NCBI GenBank assembly: GCA_963809895.1 | Contig: CAWELD010000003.1 | Location: 288,001-352,000, forward strand | Direction: 5' to 3' | Source: an uncultured Gemmatimonadales bacterium | GTDB lineage: Bacteria; Gemmatimonadota; Gemmatimonadetes; Longimicrobiales; Gaopeijiaceae | DNA: 64,000 bases | In this document: piece by piece, positions 1-8,600 of the stretch | How positions within the stretch are numbered: the first letter of the stretch is position 1 | How the letters are laid out: each line of letters starts with the position of its first letter | Made by a program: the position numbers and the translations under genes | The notes under the pieces: generated by a model | What the model saw: the letters and a program-made list of their open reading frames with translations, nothing else | Databases searched by the model: none | Told to the model about the DNA's origin: nothing

Positions 1-371
1 CGCGGTCCTCGCGGGGCTCGGCTGGGATCGGCGAGTGGTCGGCGAATCTGAGCTACGCGCTCAACCGCCCTCGCTCCGGAGTCGGCGTGAGCCAGATGCT
101 GCAGGTGAACCTCCGGCTCCAGCCCACGGAACACTGGGAGATGACCTGGCGCACCGGCTACGACCTGGAGAACCACCAGTTCTCGGACCACGTGATCCGG
201 CTCACGCGCGACCTGCACCGGTGGCAGGCGGACTTCGACTTCCTGCAGACGCCCACGGGCAACTGGGCCTTCCGCTTCAACGTGACGCTCCTGGACAACC
301 AGGACCTCAAGTTCGACTACCAGCAGCGGAACGTGGATCGGAGCTCGTCGGCCCGTCAGCCGCCGTTTTAA
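1..371 (+). CDS. lptD: C-terminal part of putative LPS-assembly protein LptD (5' truncated by window)
   Basis: Frame is open from the window start. Alternating aromatic beta-strands, TRDLHRWQADF...FRFNVTL...DLKFDYQQR, typical of the C-termini of putative LptD proteins. Confidence 0.65.
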   Translation, partial: RSSRGSAGIGEWSANLSYALNRPRSGVGVSQMLQVNLRLQPTEHWEMTWRTGYDLENHQFSDHVIRLTRDLHRWQADFDFLQTPTGNWAFRFNVTLLDNQDLKFDYQQRNVDRSSSARQPPF

Positions 372-814
372 CCCGGCGGTCCCCCGAGCAGCAGCACCGG
401 ATCCTCCTCGCGTCCCCAGCGCCAGACCTCGAAGTGCAGATGGGGCCCCTCGGCGTTGCCGGAGCTTCCGCTGAGCCCGATCACCTGACGTGCCGTCACG
501 GGGTCCCCTGCACGCACGTCGATGCGCGAGAGATGGGCGTACACGCTGAGGACCGAGCCTCCGTGGTCGAGCCACACCACGCGACCGTATCCGGTCATGG
601 TGCCCGCGAAGCGGACCGAGCCCGGGGCCATGGCGTGCACCGGAGTGCCCTCGGCCACGTCGATGTCGACGCCTCGGTGCACCTCGGGCAGCCAACCGCG
701 CCAGCGCACGCCGAAGGGAGAGAGCAGTCGCCCTTCCACGGGCCACCGCGGGATGGCGCACCCCGCGACCACGACCAGAAGGGACAGAGGCGCCAGGCGC
801 CGAAGCCTTGTCAC
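368..814 (-). CDS. M23 family metallopeptidase, probable lipoprotein
   Basis: HRGVDI, YAHL and GPHLHFEV M23 motifs; VAGC lipobox. Confidence 0.9.
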   Translation of the reverse strand: MTRLRRLAPLSLLVVVAGCAIPRWPVEGRLLSPFGVRWRGWLPEVHRGVDIDVAEGTPVHAMAPGSVRFAGTMTGYGRVVWLDHGGSVLSVYAHLSRIDVRAGDPVTARQVIGLSGSSGNAEGPHLHFEVWRWGREEDPVLLLGGPPG

Positions 815-2151
815 GTCTCCCGCGCCTCCCGGGGGCGGTAGCCCGCGTCCCTGTCACCCCCTGCATCGTCGTCCAGCAGGATCACCTGGACGGGAGCGCC
901 CTCGTCCAGGCGCTCGATGCCTTCGGGCACCACCGCCAGACCGTCGGCGAGCCCGAGCCCCGAGACGAGGCCGGAGCCCTGGGGGCCCGTCAGCCGCACC
1001 ACCGGGCGCGAAGGTCCGCCTTCGAGCGTCACGCGATACAGGTGACAGAGGTCCGCGGGTGAGCGGAGGGCCTCGCCACATACGGCCTCCAGCACGCGTC
1101 GGTGCGGAGTCACGTGCCCGGCGCTCACCCGGACCCAGGGCCGGACGAGCACCTGGAAAGTCACGAAGGCCGAGGAGGGATTGCCGGGCAGCCCGAACAC
1201 CGGCAATGGCCGGCCCTTCTGGCGTGGAAGCCGTCCGAAGCTGAACGGGCTGCCGGGACGAATGCGGACGCGCCAGAAATCCAGCTCGAGCCCGTCCTCC
1301 AGGAGGGTGCGTTTGAGCAGGTCCGCTTCACCCATGGACGCCCCTCCCACCGTCACCAGCGCGTCGCAGTCCATGGCCTGGTGAACCCTGGCGCGCAAAT
1401 CGCCGGGATCGTCCCGTGCGATTCCCAGCAGCACCGGCTCGGCGCCGGCCTCGGTGAGGCACGCCGCGAGCGCGGGCCCGTTGCTGTCTACGATGGTTCC
1501 GGGCTCCGTGGGCGCCGACGACTCGGCCAGCGGGCGCAGCTCGTCACCGCAGGTCAGGACGGCGACGCGGGGACGTCGGTGCACCTCGACCTCGGCAATG
1601 GCGGCGGCCGCCAGGACCGCGGTCCATCCCGGCGTCACCTCCAGCCCTGCCGCCATGACCTGGTCTCCGGCCCGGAAATCCTGGCCACCCGGACGGATGT
1701 TGCGGCCCGCGTCCGCGTCATCGAAGATCCGCACCTTGCCCTGCGCGCCCTCTTCGGCGTCGGTGTGCTCCACGCGCACCACCGTGTCGGCTCCGTCGGG
1801 GACGCGCGCGCCGGTCATGATACGGATAGCCTGTCCTGGGGCGAGGGACTGGTCCTGGCCTGCGGCTCCAGCGCGTGCGGCCGACACCACGGGCAGCACT
1901 CGAGGCTCGGAGCGGGTCGCGCCCCCGACGTCGGCGGCCCTGACGGCGTACCCGTCCATGGCCGAGTTGTCGAAGGGGGGAAGATCGATCCGTGCCGAGC
2001 CGGGGCGCGCGAGCACTCGTCCGAGCGCTCGGACCAGCGGCACCGTACGGGAGGGAAGGGGTTCCGCCGCGTTCAGGATCCGCGCGACGGCCTCGTCGAG
2101 AGAGAGCCAGTCGGCGCGCAGGCGCTCGAAATCGGCGGTCATCGCCGTCAC
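811..2151 (-). CDS. moeA: Molybdopterin molybdotransferase MoeA
   Basis: PPFDNSAMDGYA, RIMTGA, GDEL, DSNGPAL and GLPGNPSS motifs. Confidence 0.95.
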   Translation of the reverse strand: MTAMTADFERLRADWLSLDEAVARILNAAEPLPSRTVPLVRALGRVLARPGSARIDLPPFDNSAMDGYAVRAADVGGATRSEPRVLPVVSAARAGAAGQDQSLAPGQAIRIMTGARVPDGADTVVRVEHTDAEEGAQGKVRIFDDADAGRNIRPGGQDFRAGDQVMAAGLEVTPGWTAVLAAAAIAEVEVHRRPRVAVLTCGDELRPLAESSAPTEPGTIVDSNGPALAACLTEAGAEPVLLGIARDDPGDLRARVHQAMDCDALVTVGGASMGEADLLKRTLLEDGLELDFWRVRIRPGSPFSFGRLPRQKGRPLPVFGLPGNPSSAFVTFQVLVRPWVRVSAGHVTPHRRVLEAVCGEALRSPADLCHLYRVTLEGGPSRPVVRLTGPQGSGLVSGLGLADGLAVVPEGIERLDEGAPVQVILLDDDAGGDRDAGYRPREARET

Positions 2152-2155
2152 CCGC

Positions 2156-2845
2156 TCACCAGCGGTAGGCGAGCCCCAGCGTGAGGGCGCCGTTGTTGAC
2201 CCACTCGCTGTTGGGCACGTTCTCGAACCCTCGCTCGGGATCTCGGTAGCCGTCCGGGTAGTTGAGCTTCCAGAGGCTCAGCGAGGCGTCCGCCCTGAGC
2301 ACGAAATGGCCGGGCAGCATGATCCGGAATCCCCCACCGAACACACCGGTGAACTTCGTCCCGAAGTCGAAGCGGTCGCCGGCTTCGAGAGGTTGGTCCT
2401 CCACCTGGGTGCCCGCGGCGTCGAAGGCCACGCCACCGCCAGCCAGGAGAAAGGGCTGGACGGCGTGCCAGGTGCGGCGACCGGTCAGGTCGAAGCGGAG
2501 CCGTACGTCGATGTCGTTCAGGAAGACCTCGGCCTCGTCGATCTTGCGGTCCCCCTCCGGGCGAGCGGGGTTGATGACGTCGCGCGTGGTGGGCAGGACC
2601 GTCCACACGCCCTCGAGAGCCAGAGGCCCGGCGAGCTCCACGGCGTAGCGGGCACCGAACCCGAGCGCGGGCGCCGGCCCGAACCCGAAGCGCCCGCGAT
2701 CGGGACTCAGGGTGCCCACGAAGAGCCCGCCTTCCTGACCCTCCTCGATGTACCGGTAGGGCGAGGGGATGCTCTGGGCGTGCAGGGGCGCGACGGCCGT
2801 GAGGAGCAGCCCGGTCAGGGCGGCGCCGAAACGGGATGGGAACAT
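2156..2845 (-). CDS. Outer-membrane beta-barrel protein (OmpA/OmpW-like small barrel)
   Basis: Signal peptide (LHA|Q), amphipathic strands, C-terminal LGLAYRW. Confidence 0.7.
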   Translation of the reverse strand: MFPSRFGAALTGLLLTAVAPLHAQSIPSPYRYIEEGQEGGLFVGTLSPDRGRFGFGPAPALGFGARYAVELAGPLALEGVWTVLPTTRDVINPARPEGDRKIDEAEVFLNDIDVRLRFDLTGRRTWHAVQPFLLAGGGVAFDAAGTQVEDQPLEAGDRFDFGTKFTGVFGGGFRIMLPGHFVLRADASLSLWKLNYPDGYRDPERGFENVPNSEWVNNGALTLGLAYRW

Positions 2846-3044
2846 CGGCCTCGGAGACTCGGGTGGCGCCCCCTGGGGGGCTCTGAATGGCGATCGCGGC
2901 GCCGAAGGTTAGGGGCGCCGCGCCGTCGAATCAACGTTCCGGGTCCTGATTGACCTCCCTGGAAGGTGCGGTCAGATTGCAGCGTCAGCGACCTGCCAGG
3001 ACCGGCATTCCCTGCCCGGATACGTTTCGGTGGTACACGCCCCC

Positions 3045-4106
3045 ATGTCGTTCGTTTCCCGAGCGGTCCCGCGCTTGCGGCTCCAGCTCTCGACCGTCGC
3101 CGTGTGCGTCCTTCTGGGGTCGCTGCCGCCGGCGCCCGTGGCGGCGCAGACCGCGACGGCGCGGGTCGAGGAGAATCTGCGGGCCGAGCCCAACGAGGTG
3201 GTCCTGGGCGTGTTGCGGCCCGGCGCCGAGCTTCCGGTCGTGGACCGGCGTCCAGGGTGGGTTCAGGTCGAGCTCGAGGGGTGGGTGTGGATTCGCTCTC
3301 TGCAGATCGTGGACCGCGACGGCTTCGACCTGGTGGTGGTGCCCGAAGAGTCCGGGGCGGACGGCGAAAACCTGCGCTCGCGGCCCGCGGGACCGGTGCT
3401 CGTGCGGCTCGCGGAGGGTGCCCTCCTTCACGAGGTCGAGCGCATCCCTGGGTGGGTTCAGGTGCGGCGCCGCGCCTGGGTCTGGTCGGCGTCGGTGGAC
3501 GTCGACGAGTCCGCCGAGCCTCCGGCGCCGGCGAAGCCACGGGCGGAGGCGTTGAGCCGCCCGCCGCATCCTGCGGCTCCGGCCTTCACGGCGGGCCCCC
3601 GGGGCGCCCCGGTGCTCGCTTCGCCCGACGGCGATACACTGGCGACCGTGGTGGCCGGCGCGGACCTGGCGGTGGTGGGGCGGCAGGGGAGCTGGGCCCG
3701 GGTCCGCATGGACGGCTGGGTGTGGATGCCGGACACCACGACGGTGGCCGCGCCGGAGGGGAACACGGCCGAGCCCGCGACGCCGGCGGCGGTGATGGCG
3801 GACCCCGCGGCCTGGCGGGGGCGTATTGTCACATGGCAGCTTCAGTTCATCTCCCTGGAGCACGCCGAGACGGTGCGCACGGACTTCTACGAGGGAGAGC
3901 CGTTTCTCCTGACGCGTCCGGCGGGAAGCGACGATACGGCGAGCTACGTCTACGTGGCGCTTCCCCCCGAGCGCGAGGACGAGTTCTCCGCCCTCCGTCC
4001 GCTGGAGACCGTCACGGTCGTGGGCCGGGTACGGGTGGGTGCGTCGGTTCTCACCGGCAGTCCCATCCTGGACCTGATGGAGGTGCGACGCGGCCGCGGT
4101 GGGTGA
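3045..4106 (+). CDS. Secreted protein with three bacterial SH3-like repeats and a C-terminal OB-like domain
   Basis: Signal peptide; repeated ENLR..P.G.VL..L..GA.L.....GW.QV....WVW units. Start at 3030 or 3045. Confidence 0.7.
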   Translation: MSFVSRAVPRLRLQLSTVAVCVLLGSLPPAPVAAQTATARVEENLRAEPNEVVLGVLRPGAELPVVDRRPGWVQVELEGWVWIRSLQIVDRDGFDLVVVPEESGADGENLRSRPAGPVLVRLAEGALLHEVERIPGWVQVRRRAWVWSASVDVDESAEPPAPAKPRAEALSRPPHPAAPAFTAGPRGAPVLASPDGDTLATVVAGADLAVVGRQGSWARVRMDGWVWMPDTTTVAAPEGNTAEPATPAAVMADPAAWRGRIVTWQLQFISLEHAETVRTDFYEGEPFLLTRPAGSDDTASYVYVALPPEREDEFSALRPLETVTVVGRVRVGASVLTGSPILDLMEVRRGRGG

Positions 4107-4141
4107 TGCGGTGAGCACCGACGCGGCCCCCGGAGTGCGCG

Positions 4142-4168
4142 TGAATCCCGCGGGGGGCCGTGCACGTA
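4142..4168 (+). promoter_or_regulatory. ECF (SigW-like) promoter TGAATC-N17-CGTA
   Basis: Same motif and spacing as three sites in the sigW-like operon; 54 nt upstream of the ATG at 4223. Confidence 0.65.
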
Positions 4169-4222
4169 TGGGAAGAGGTGTGAAGAAGGGAATCTGATCC
4201 AACGCGAGGATGCGCCCGGACG

Positions 4223-5011
4223 ATGCGCTGCTCCACATGTGGTGAAGGGCTAGAGCCCGGCGCCGACAGATGTCCCACCTGTGGGGCCACGGTCTCGCCG
4301 CGGGCGCTGCGCCGTATCTGGCCTTCCGAGGAGGGGGCGTCGGCGGTTCAGCAGTGCCCCCGGTGCGGGTATCAGGGGCACGGCGTCGGTTACTTCAGCC
4401 GACCTGGACACGTAGGCCTCCTCATCGGTGTCAGCCTCTTCACGTACGGTCTGGGGGGCCTGGTCTATTGGCTGGCCCGCCGCAAGCACTTCATCTGCCC
4501 GAACTGTGGCCTGGGCTGGGAACACGCCGGCCGCGCCCTGCCCTCGGGCTCCCGTCCCGATTCCAGACGTCTGGAAGGTGACGCCCCCCTGCCGTCCAGT
4601 GGGATCAAGCGCCGGGTCCTGGGCTCCATGATGGTGCTGCTGGCGTCGTTCCTCATCATGATGGGGATCATCGAGTTCGAGGCCGCGGCCATCGTCGTCG
4701 GCAGCGTGGCCGGTGCCGCCGGCTCGGGCACGTTCTTCTGGGGTTGGAAGGCGCTTCAGGAGCGTCGGCAGGCGCTGACGACCGGGCTGCAGCGCAAGGT
4801 TCTCCGGCTCGCGTCGCGCAAGGGCGGAACGCTCACCGTCACCGAGGTCGCGACGGATCTGAACCTGTCGCTGCCCGCGGCCGAGAAGCTGCTCATCGGG
4901 ATGGACGACGGGTTCCGGGTACGCTCCGAGATCACCAGAGAGGGCGTGCTTCTGTACGAATTTCCGGAGCTCAAGCACCGGCACGAGCTGGGGCCGGGCA
5001 CGGGCGTCTGA
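4223..5011 (+). CDS. Membrane protein with zinc ribbons, TM hairpins and a C-terminal winged-helix-like domain
   Basis: CSTC/CPTC, CPRC and CPNC pairs; hydrophobic segments; GTLTVTEVATDLNLSLPAAEKLL HTH-like segment. Confidence 0.75.
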   Translation: MRCSTCGEGLEPGADRCPTCGATVSPRALRRIWPSEEGASAVQQCPRCGYQGHGVGYFSRPGHVGLLIGVSLFTYGLGGLVYWLARRKHFICPNCGLGWEHAGRALPSGSRPDSRRLEGDAPLPSSGIKRRVLGSMMVLLASFLIMMGIIEFEAAAIVVGSVAGAAGSGTFFWGWKALQERRQALTTGLQRKVLRLASRKGGTLTVTEVATDLNLSLPAAEKLLIGMDDGFRVRSEITREGVLLYEFPELKHRHELGPGTGV

Positions 5012-5064
5012 TCGACGCGGCTGGGCCGCTGCGTCATGGTGACGACCTTTGCGAAACGGAACGG

Positions 5065-5094
5065 TTGCGGGAAGGCAGCGATCAGGGCTATTAT
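5065..5094 (+). promoter_or_regulatory. Putative sigma70 promoter TTGCGG-N18-TATTAT for the TPR gene
   Basis: Near-consensus hexamers 34 nt upstream of the ATG at 5129. Confidence 0.5.
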
Positions 5095-5128
5095 CGATCA
5101 GCCCCCCGGCTTATCCGGTTCGACCGAC

Positions 5129-6892
5129 ATGTCTACCACACGAGTACTACACCTCGACGCATATCGGGGGCAGCGCCAGCAGCGCGTCGAGCGAATGCTC
5201 GCGCTCCTGGGGCCCGATCCCATCCGGTATCGTCTCGCCCTGCGCCTCGCCGACCTCCTGCACTCCGTGGGAGGCGACCGCGCGGCTGTCGTGTGGACCG
5301 ATGAGTTCGGCTCTCTGGTCCCGCACCCCTTCGTCGTTCTCGACCTCACCTCCGATACTCCCAGGCGAGGTGTGGATGGCCGGATCCTGCGCACTGCGTG
5401 GGAGCGAGGCCTCCCGGGGGTCGTCGACCACCCGGATCTGCCCCGACGGGCGGTGCCGGAGGCGCCCCGGAGCGCTGCCTGTGTGTCGCTGGGAAGTGAC
5501 GGAGCCCGCACCTGGTTCGCCCTGGTCGACGCAGTGGTGCCGCGGACGCCGCTCTCCGACGAGGACCGGCAGACCCTGCTGCACCTGACGGGTGAGTGCG
5601 CGGCGGTCATTCTGCATCGGGACCTCCTGGACGAGCGCTCCATGCCCGGCAGTGCCGACGCCTTCACGGGTTGGTCGGTGCTCTCGGACGTCGACGAGCA
5701 CCCCGATGCCGAGGAACGCATCGGGAATCGCTTTCTCGTGCTCCGGCTGGTGCGCTCGCTGCTGGACGACGACCTGACGCCCGACCCCGAGAGCCTGTCG
5801 GCCCGCATCCAGGCGCTGCGCACCGAGTTCGACTGCGTCCAGGACGAGGACGAGGAAGTCGATCTGTGGCGCGCAGTGCTCGACTCGGCGGAACAGCATG
5901 ACCCGGCAGCCCTGGCGGAGGCGGTCCTCGACATGGGACTGCGCGCCGAGGACCTCGGCGAGCTCGAGGGTGCCCTGGAGGCCTTTCGCTCCAGCTACTG
6001 GGTAGCCGCCCTCGGGGGAGCCCTCGACGCAGCGGTCGATGCAGCCCGCTACCTCGGCCGCAGCCACCGTCGGGCGGGCCGCTGGGACGATTCGGAGTTG
6101 TGGTACGTGCGAGCCGCGGAGGTGGCGCGGACCTTCGACTCGCGGGCGGGAGAGGCGCTGGCGCTCGACGGTCGCGCGGCGACGCTCCGGGCTCGTGGGA
6201 ACATGCCGGCCGCCCGGCAGGTCCTGACGGACGCCCTGTACTCAGCCGAAGAATCGGGCGATCCCCACGCCCTGGGCAGCGTGCATCAGCACCTCATGAC
6301 CTTCCACCATCTCGTCGGAGAGGGCACCGAAGCCGTGGAACACGGCTGGCAGTCGGTGATGACCTTCCGCACCCGCCGGGACCGGCTGCGGGCGCTGGTC
6401 TCACTGGCCGGGATCCTCCTGGACCTCAAGGCCGTGGATCTGGCCGAGCAGGCCTACTCGCTGGCGGTGGAGCGGGTGGAGGAGGGATATTACCGGATCT
6501 TCGCGCTGGAGGGCTACGCTCACACCGCCGCCCTGAAGGGGGCGCGCGAGGAGTATGAGCAGCGGTACCGCGCCGTGACCGGGGCAGGTTGGGCGGCGGG
6601 AGGTGTCGAGTTCCAGGCTCAGGCGCTCCTGTACCGGGGGCGGGCCTATCAGGCCCTCCACGACTACGAGGAGGCGGAAGAGTGGTACGAACAGGCGCTG
6701 ACCTTCGCCACCAAGGCAGGGCTCAACGCATATGCCTTCCAGGCCGAGGATGCCCTGGCGCGCCTCGCGGCGGCCAGGACGTCGGGCTCGGTCGAGGAAG
6801 CGGCGCCGGCCGCGCTCCCGGCCCGTACCCTGGCCGAGGTCAGGGGGGGCCTGGGAGCGCTCCGGCAGGAGCTGGCCAGCGTGGCGTCCTGA
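5129..6892 (+). CDS. Cytoplasmic TPR-repeat protein with N-terminal GAF-like region
   Basis: Repeated TPR-like helical pairs (AARYLGRSHRRAGRWDDSELWY; ALLYRGRAYQALHDYEEAEEWYEQAL); no signal peptide; start chosen at ATG 5129. Confidence 0.8.
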   Translation: MSTTRVLHLDAYRGQRQQRVERMLALLGPDPIRYRLALRLADLLHSVGGDRAAVVWTDEFGSLVPHPFVVLDLTSDTPRRGVDGRILRTAWERGLPGVVDHPDLPRRAVPEAPRSAACVSLGSDGARTWFALVDAVVPRTPLSDEDRQTLLHLTGECAAVILHRDLLDERSMPGSADAFTGWSVLSDVDEHPDAEERIGNRFLVLRLVRSLLDDDLTPDPESLSARIQALRTEFDCVQDEDEEVDLWRAVLDSAEQHDPAALAEAVLDMGLRAEDLGELEGALEAFRSSYWVAALGGALDAAVDAARYLGRSHRRAGRWDDSELWYVRAAEVARTFDSRAGEALALDGRAATLRARGNMPAARQVLTDALYSAEESGDPHALGSVHQHLMTFHHLVGEGTEAVEHGWQSVMTFRTRRDRLRALVSLAGILLDLKAVDLAEQAYSLAVERVEEGYYRIFALEGYAHTAALKGAREEYEQRYRAVTGAGWAAGGVEFQAQALLYRGRAYQALHDYEEAEEWYEQALTFATKAGLNAYAFQAEDALARLAAARTSGSVEEAAPAALPARTLAEVRGGLGALRQELASVAS

Positions 6893-6906
6893 CGCGTCGG
6901 GACGCC
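6883..6906. terminator. Palindromic hairpin between convergent TPR and peptide genes
   Basis: GGCGTCCTGACG/CGTCGGGACGCC inverted repeat with one G-U pair. Confidence 0.5.
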
Positions 6907-6913
6907 GGGGGGG

Positions 6914-7051
6914 TCAGCTTCCGGAACCGGGGTGGCCGAACTCGCAGTTGGTGGCGTCGGGGGCGCAGTCGTCGTACGAAGTCGGCGATGAGCAGGCGCT
7001 GAAGGCCATGGTTGCCAGAAGGGCGAGGAGGGTGAGCCTGATGGTCCGCAT
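6914..7051 (-). CDS. 45-aa lipopeptide precursor MRTIRLTLLALLATMAFSA|CSSPTSYDDCAPDATNCEFGHPGSGS
   Basis: GGAG RBS upstream of the ATG; basic n-region, hydrophobic core, FSAC lipobox; GC3-rich codons. Confidence 0.8.
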   Translation of the reverse strand: MRTIRLTLLALLATMAFSACSSPTSYDDCAPDATNCEFGHPGSGS

Positions 7052-7183
7052 GATGAATGCTCCACGAGTCGGTGCCGCGTGTCGTGGCCGGGGAATCCGA
7101 CCAACTGCCACCGCAAGGATGGGCCATACGAGGCCCGACCACGTCATCGTCAGGCAAGCTGCCTATGTCTTTTCCGTAGCTTC

Positions 7184-7981
7184 ATGGCTCTGATCGCCCT
7201 GGCGTCGCGCGACCGGGAGCTGGTCCGGACCGTGCGCACCAGCCTGGATCGGCGCTGGCACGACCTCGTGCAGGCCAGGTCCTGGGAGGTTCTCCCGCGT
7301 CAGCTTCGGGAACGGCCGGTGTCCGCCCTGCTCCTGGACCTGGCGCTGCTGCCCCCGGTGGGACCCGTGGCCGTGCGGGCGCTCCAGAGGGGATTTCCGG
7401 GGTTGCCCCTGGTCGCCCTGGCCCGTCTGAAGGATCCCCGCACGGTGTTCGAATTGGGACAGCAACGGATTCGACACCTCATCGTCATGGATGCCGAGGC
7501 GTCGACCCTCGAGCTGCGTCGCAGCGTCGTTCGGGCCGGCGAGCGCGCCGCACCGGGTCTGGTCGCGCGCTGGCTGGGCGGGCTCGTGGATCCGAGGGGA
7601 CTGGAGGTGGTACGAGCGTCCCTGGAGCTGACCCACAGATGCTGGAGTGCGGATCGCTTCGCGCGCTCTTTCGGGCTGAGTCGACCGGTCCTGAGCGAGC
7701 ACCTCAAGGGCATGGGGTTGCCCTCGGTCGGTCAGCTCATGCTCTGGGGCCGATTGCTGCACGCCGGCCACTGGCTCCCGGATCCGGCGCGGTCCGGGGA
7801 GAGCGTCGCGCGTCAGCTGGAGTACGCGAACGGATCGGTCTTCCGCCGGGCGTTGAGGAGCCACGTGGGATGCACCCCCACGGAGCTCGCCGAGGGCGGT
7901 GGCCTGGGGCGGGTGCTCCGGGCCCTCATCCGCGGTCAGGATCTCCCGGTTCCGGGCGAGATGAGCGCATCGGTGGCCTGA
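7184..7981 (+). CDS. AraC-family HTH regulator with a receiver-like N-terminal domain
   Basis: C-terminal ESVARQLEYANGSVFRRALRSHVGCTPTEL AraC signature; N-terminal alpha/beta region with ALLLDL. Confidence 0.8.
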   Translation: MALIALASRDRELVRTVRTSLDRRWHDLVQARSWEVLPRQLRERPVSALLLDLALLPPVGPVAVRALQRGFPGLPLVALARLKDPRTVFELGQQRIRHLIVMDAEASTLELRRSVVRAGERAAPGLVARWLGGLVDPRGLEVVRASLELTHRCWSADRFARSFGLSRPVLSEHLKGMGLPSVGQLMLWGRLLHAGHWLPDPARSGESVARQLEYANGSVFRRALRSHVGCTPTELAEGGGLGRVLRALIRGQDLPVPGEMSASVA

Positions 7982-8079
7982 CCGCCAGCGGTTGTCAGGG
8001 CACCGGCCCGGAGGCCATCTTTCGACGTTCCCGGTCACTCTCGCGGTCATGGGCCGCAGCATCCCACGGAGTCCCGCAC

Positions 8080-8307
8080 GTGCTTCGCTTCACTGCCGCC
8101 GACGGCCGCGAGTGGGAGGTCGTGGCGGGACGGGAGTCGTGGGGAGCCATCGTGGCGATCTTCATCCCGGTGGGGGACGATCAGGCGTTGCGGCAGACCC
8201 ACCTGAGCGCCGCCTCGTACGAGGAGGCCAACGCCGAGCTCGGGGCGCTGGGGCAGGAGGCGTTACAGGCGCTGTTGGATCGCGCGATACCCAAGACCAT
8301 GGACTGA
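8080..8307 (+). CDS. Small hypothetical protein (75 aa, MLRFTAADGREWEV...)
   Basis: GGAG RBS before the GTG; coding-like codon usage; shares a motif with the next gene. Confidence 0.7.
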   Translation: MLRFTAADGREWEVVAGRESWGAIVAIFIPVGDDQALRQTHLSAASYEEANAELGALGQEALQALLDRAIPKTMD

Positions 8308-8342
8308 AGGCCTGCGGGCCGTACCAATCGAGGAGTCCGTCG

Positions 8343-8600
8343 ATGAGGGAGTTCGAAGACGCCGAGGGCCGTCGCTGGCTGACCCGGGTGGCCAGCCGGA
8401 GCGGACCCGACTACAAGGGCCGTTATCACCTGGTCATGGAGCCCGTGGACGGCGGGCCGGACGACGTGGTGGAGTTGGTCGACGTACGGTGGAACAGCGA
8501 GAAGACCGCGCAGCGCACCCTCGACACCATGTCGGGGGTGGAGTTGCGACGCCGGCTCAGATCCGCCCGCGGACGCGGGCGCTCGGTGTCACCGGCCTGA
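8343..8600 (+). CDS. Small hypothetical protein (85 aa, MREFEDAEGRRW...)
   Basis: GAGGAG RBS before the ATG; coding-like codon usage. Confidence 0.75.
   Translation: MREFEDAEGRRWLTRVASRSGPDYKGRYHLVMEPVDGGPDDVVELVDVRWNSEKTAQRTLDTMSGVELRRRLRSARGRGRSVSPA

Noticed and set aside
6914..7051. RiPP precursor interpretation of the Cys/Ser-rich peptide
   Set aside because: No radical SAM, YcaO, lanthipeptide synthetase or dedicated transporter gene nearby, and the leader is a standard lipoprotein signal.
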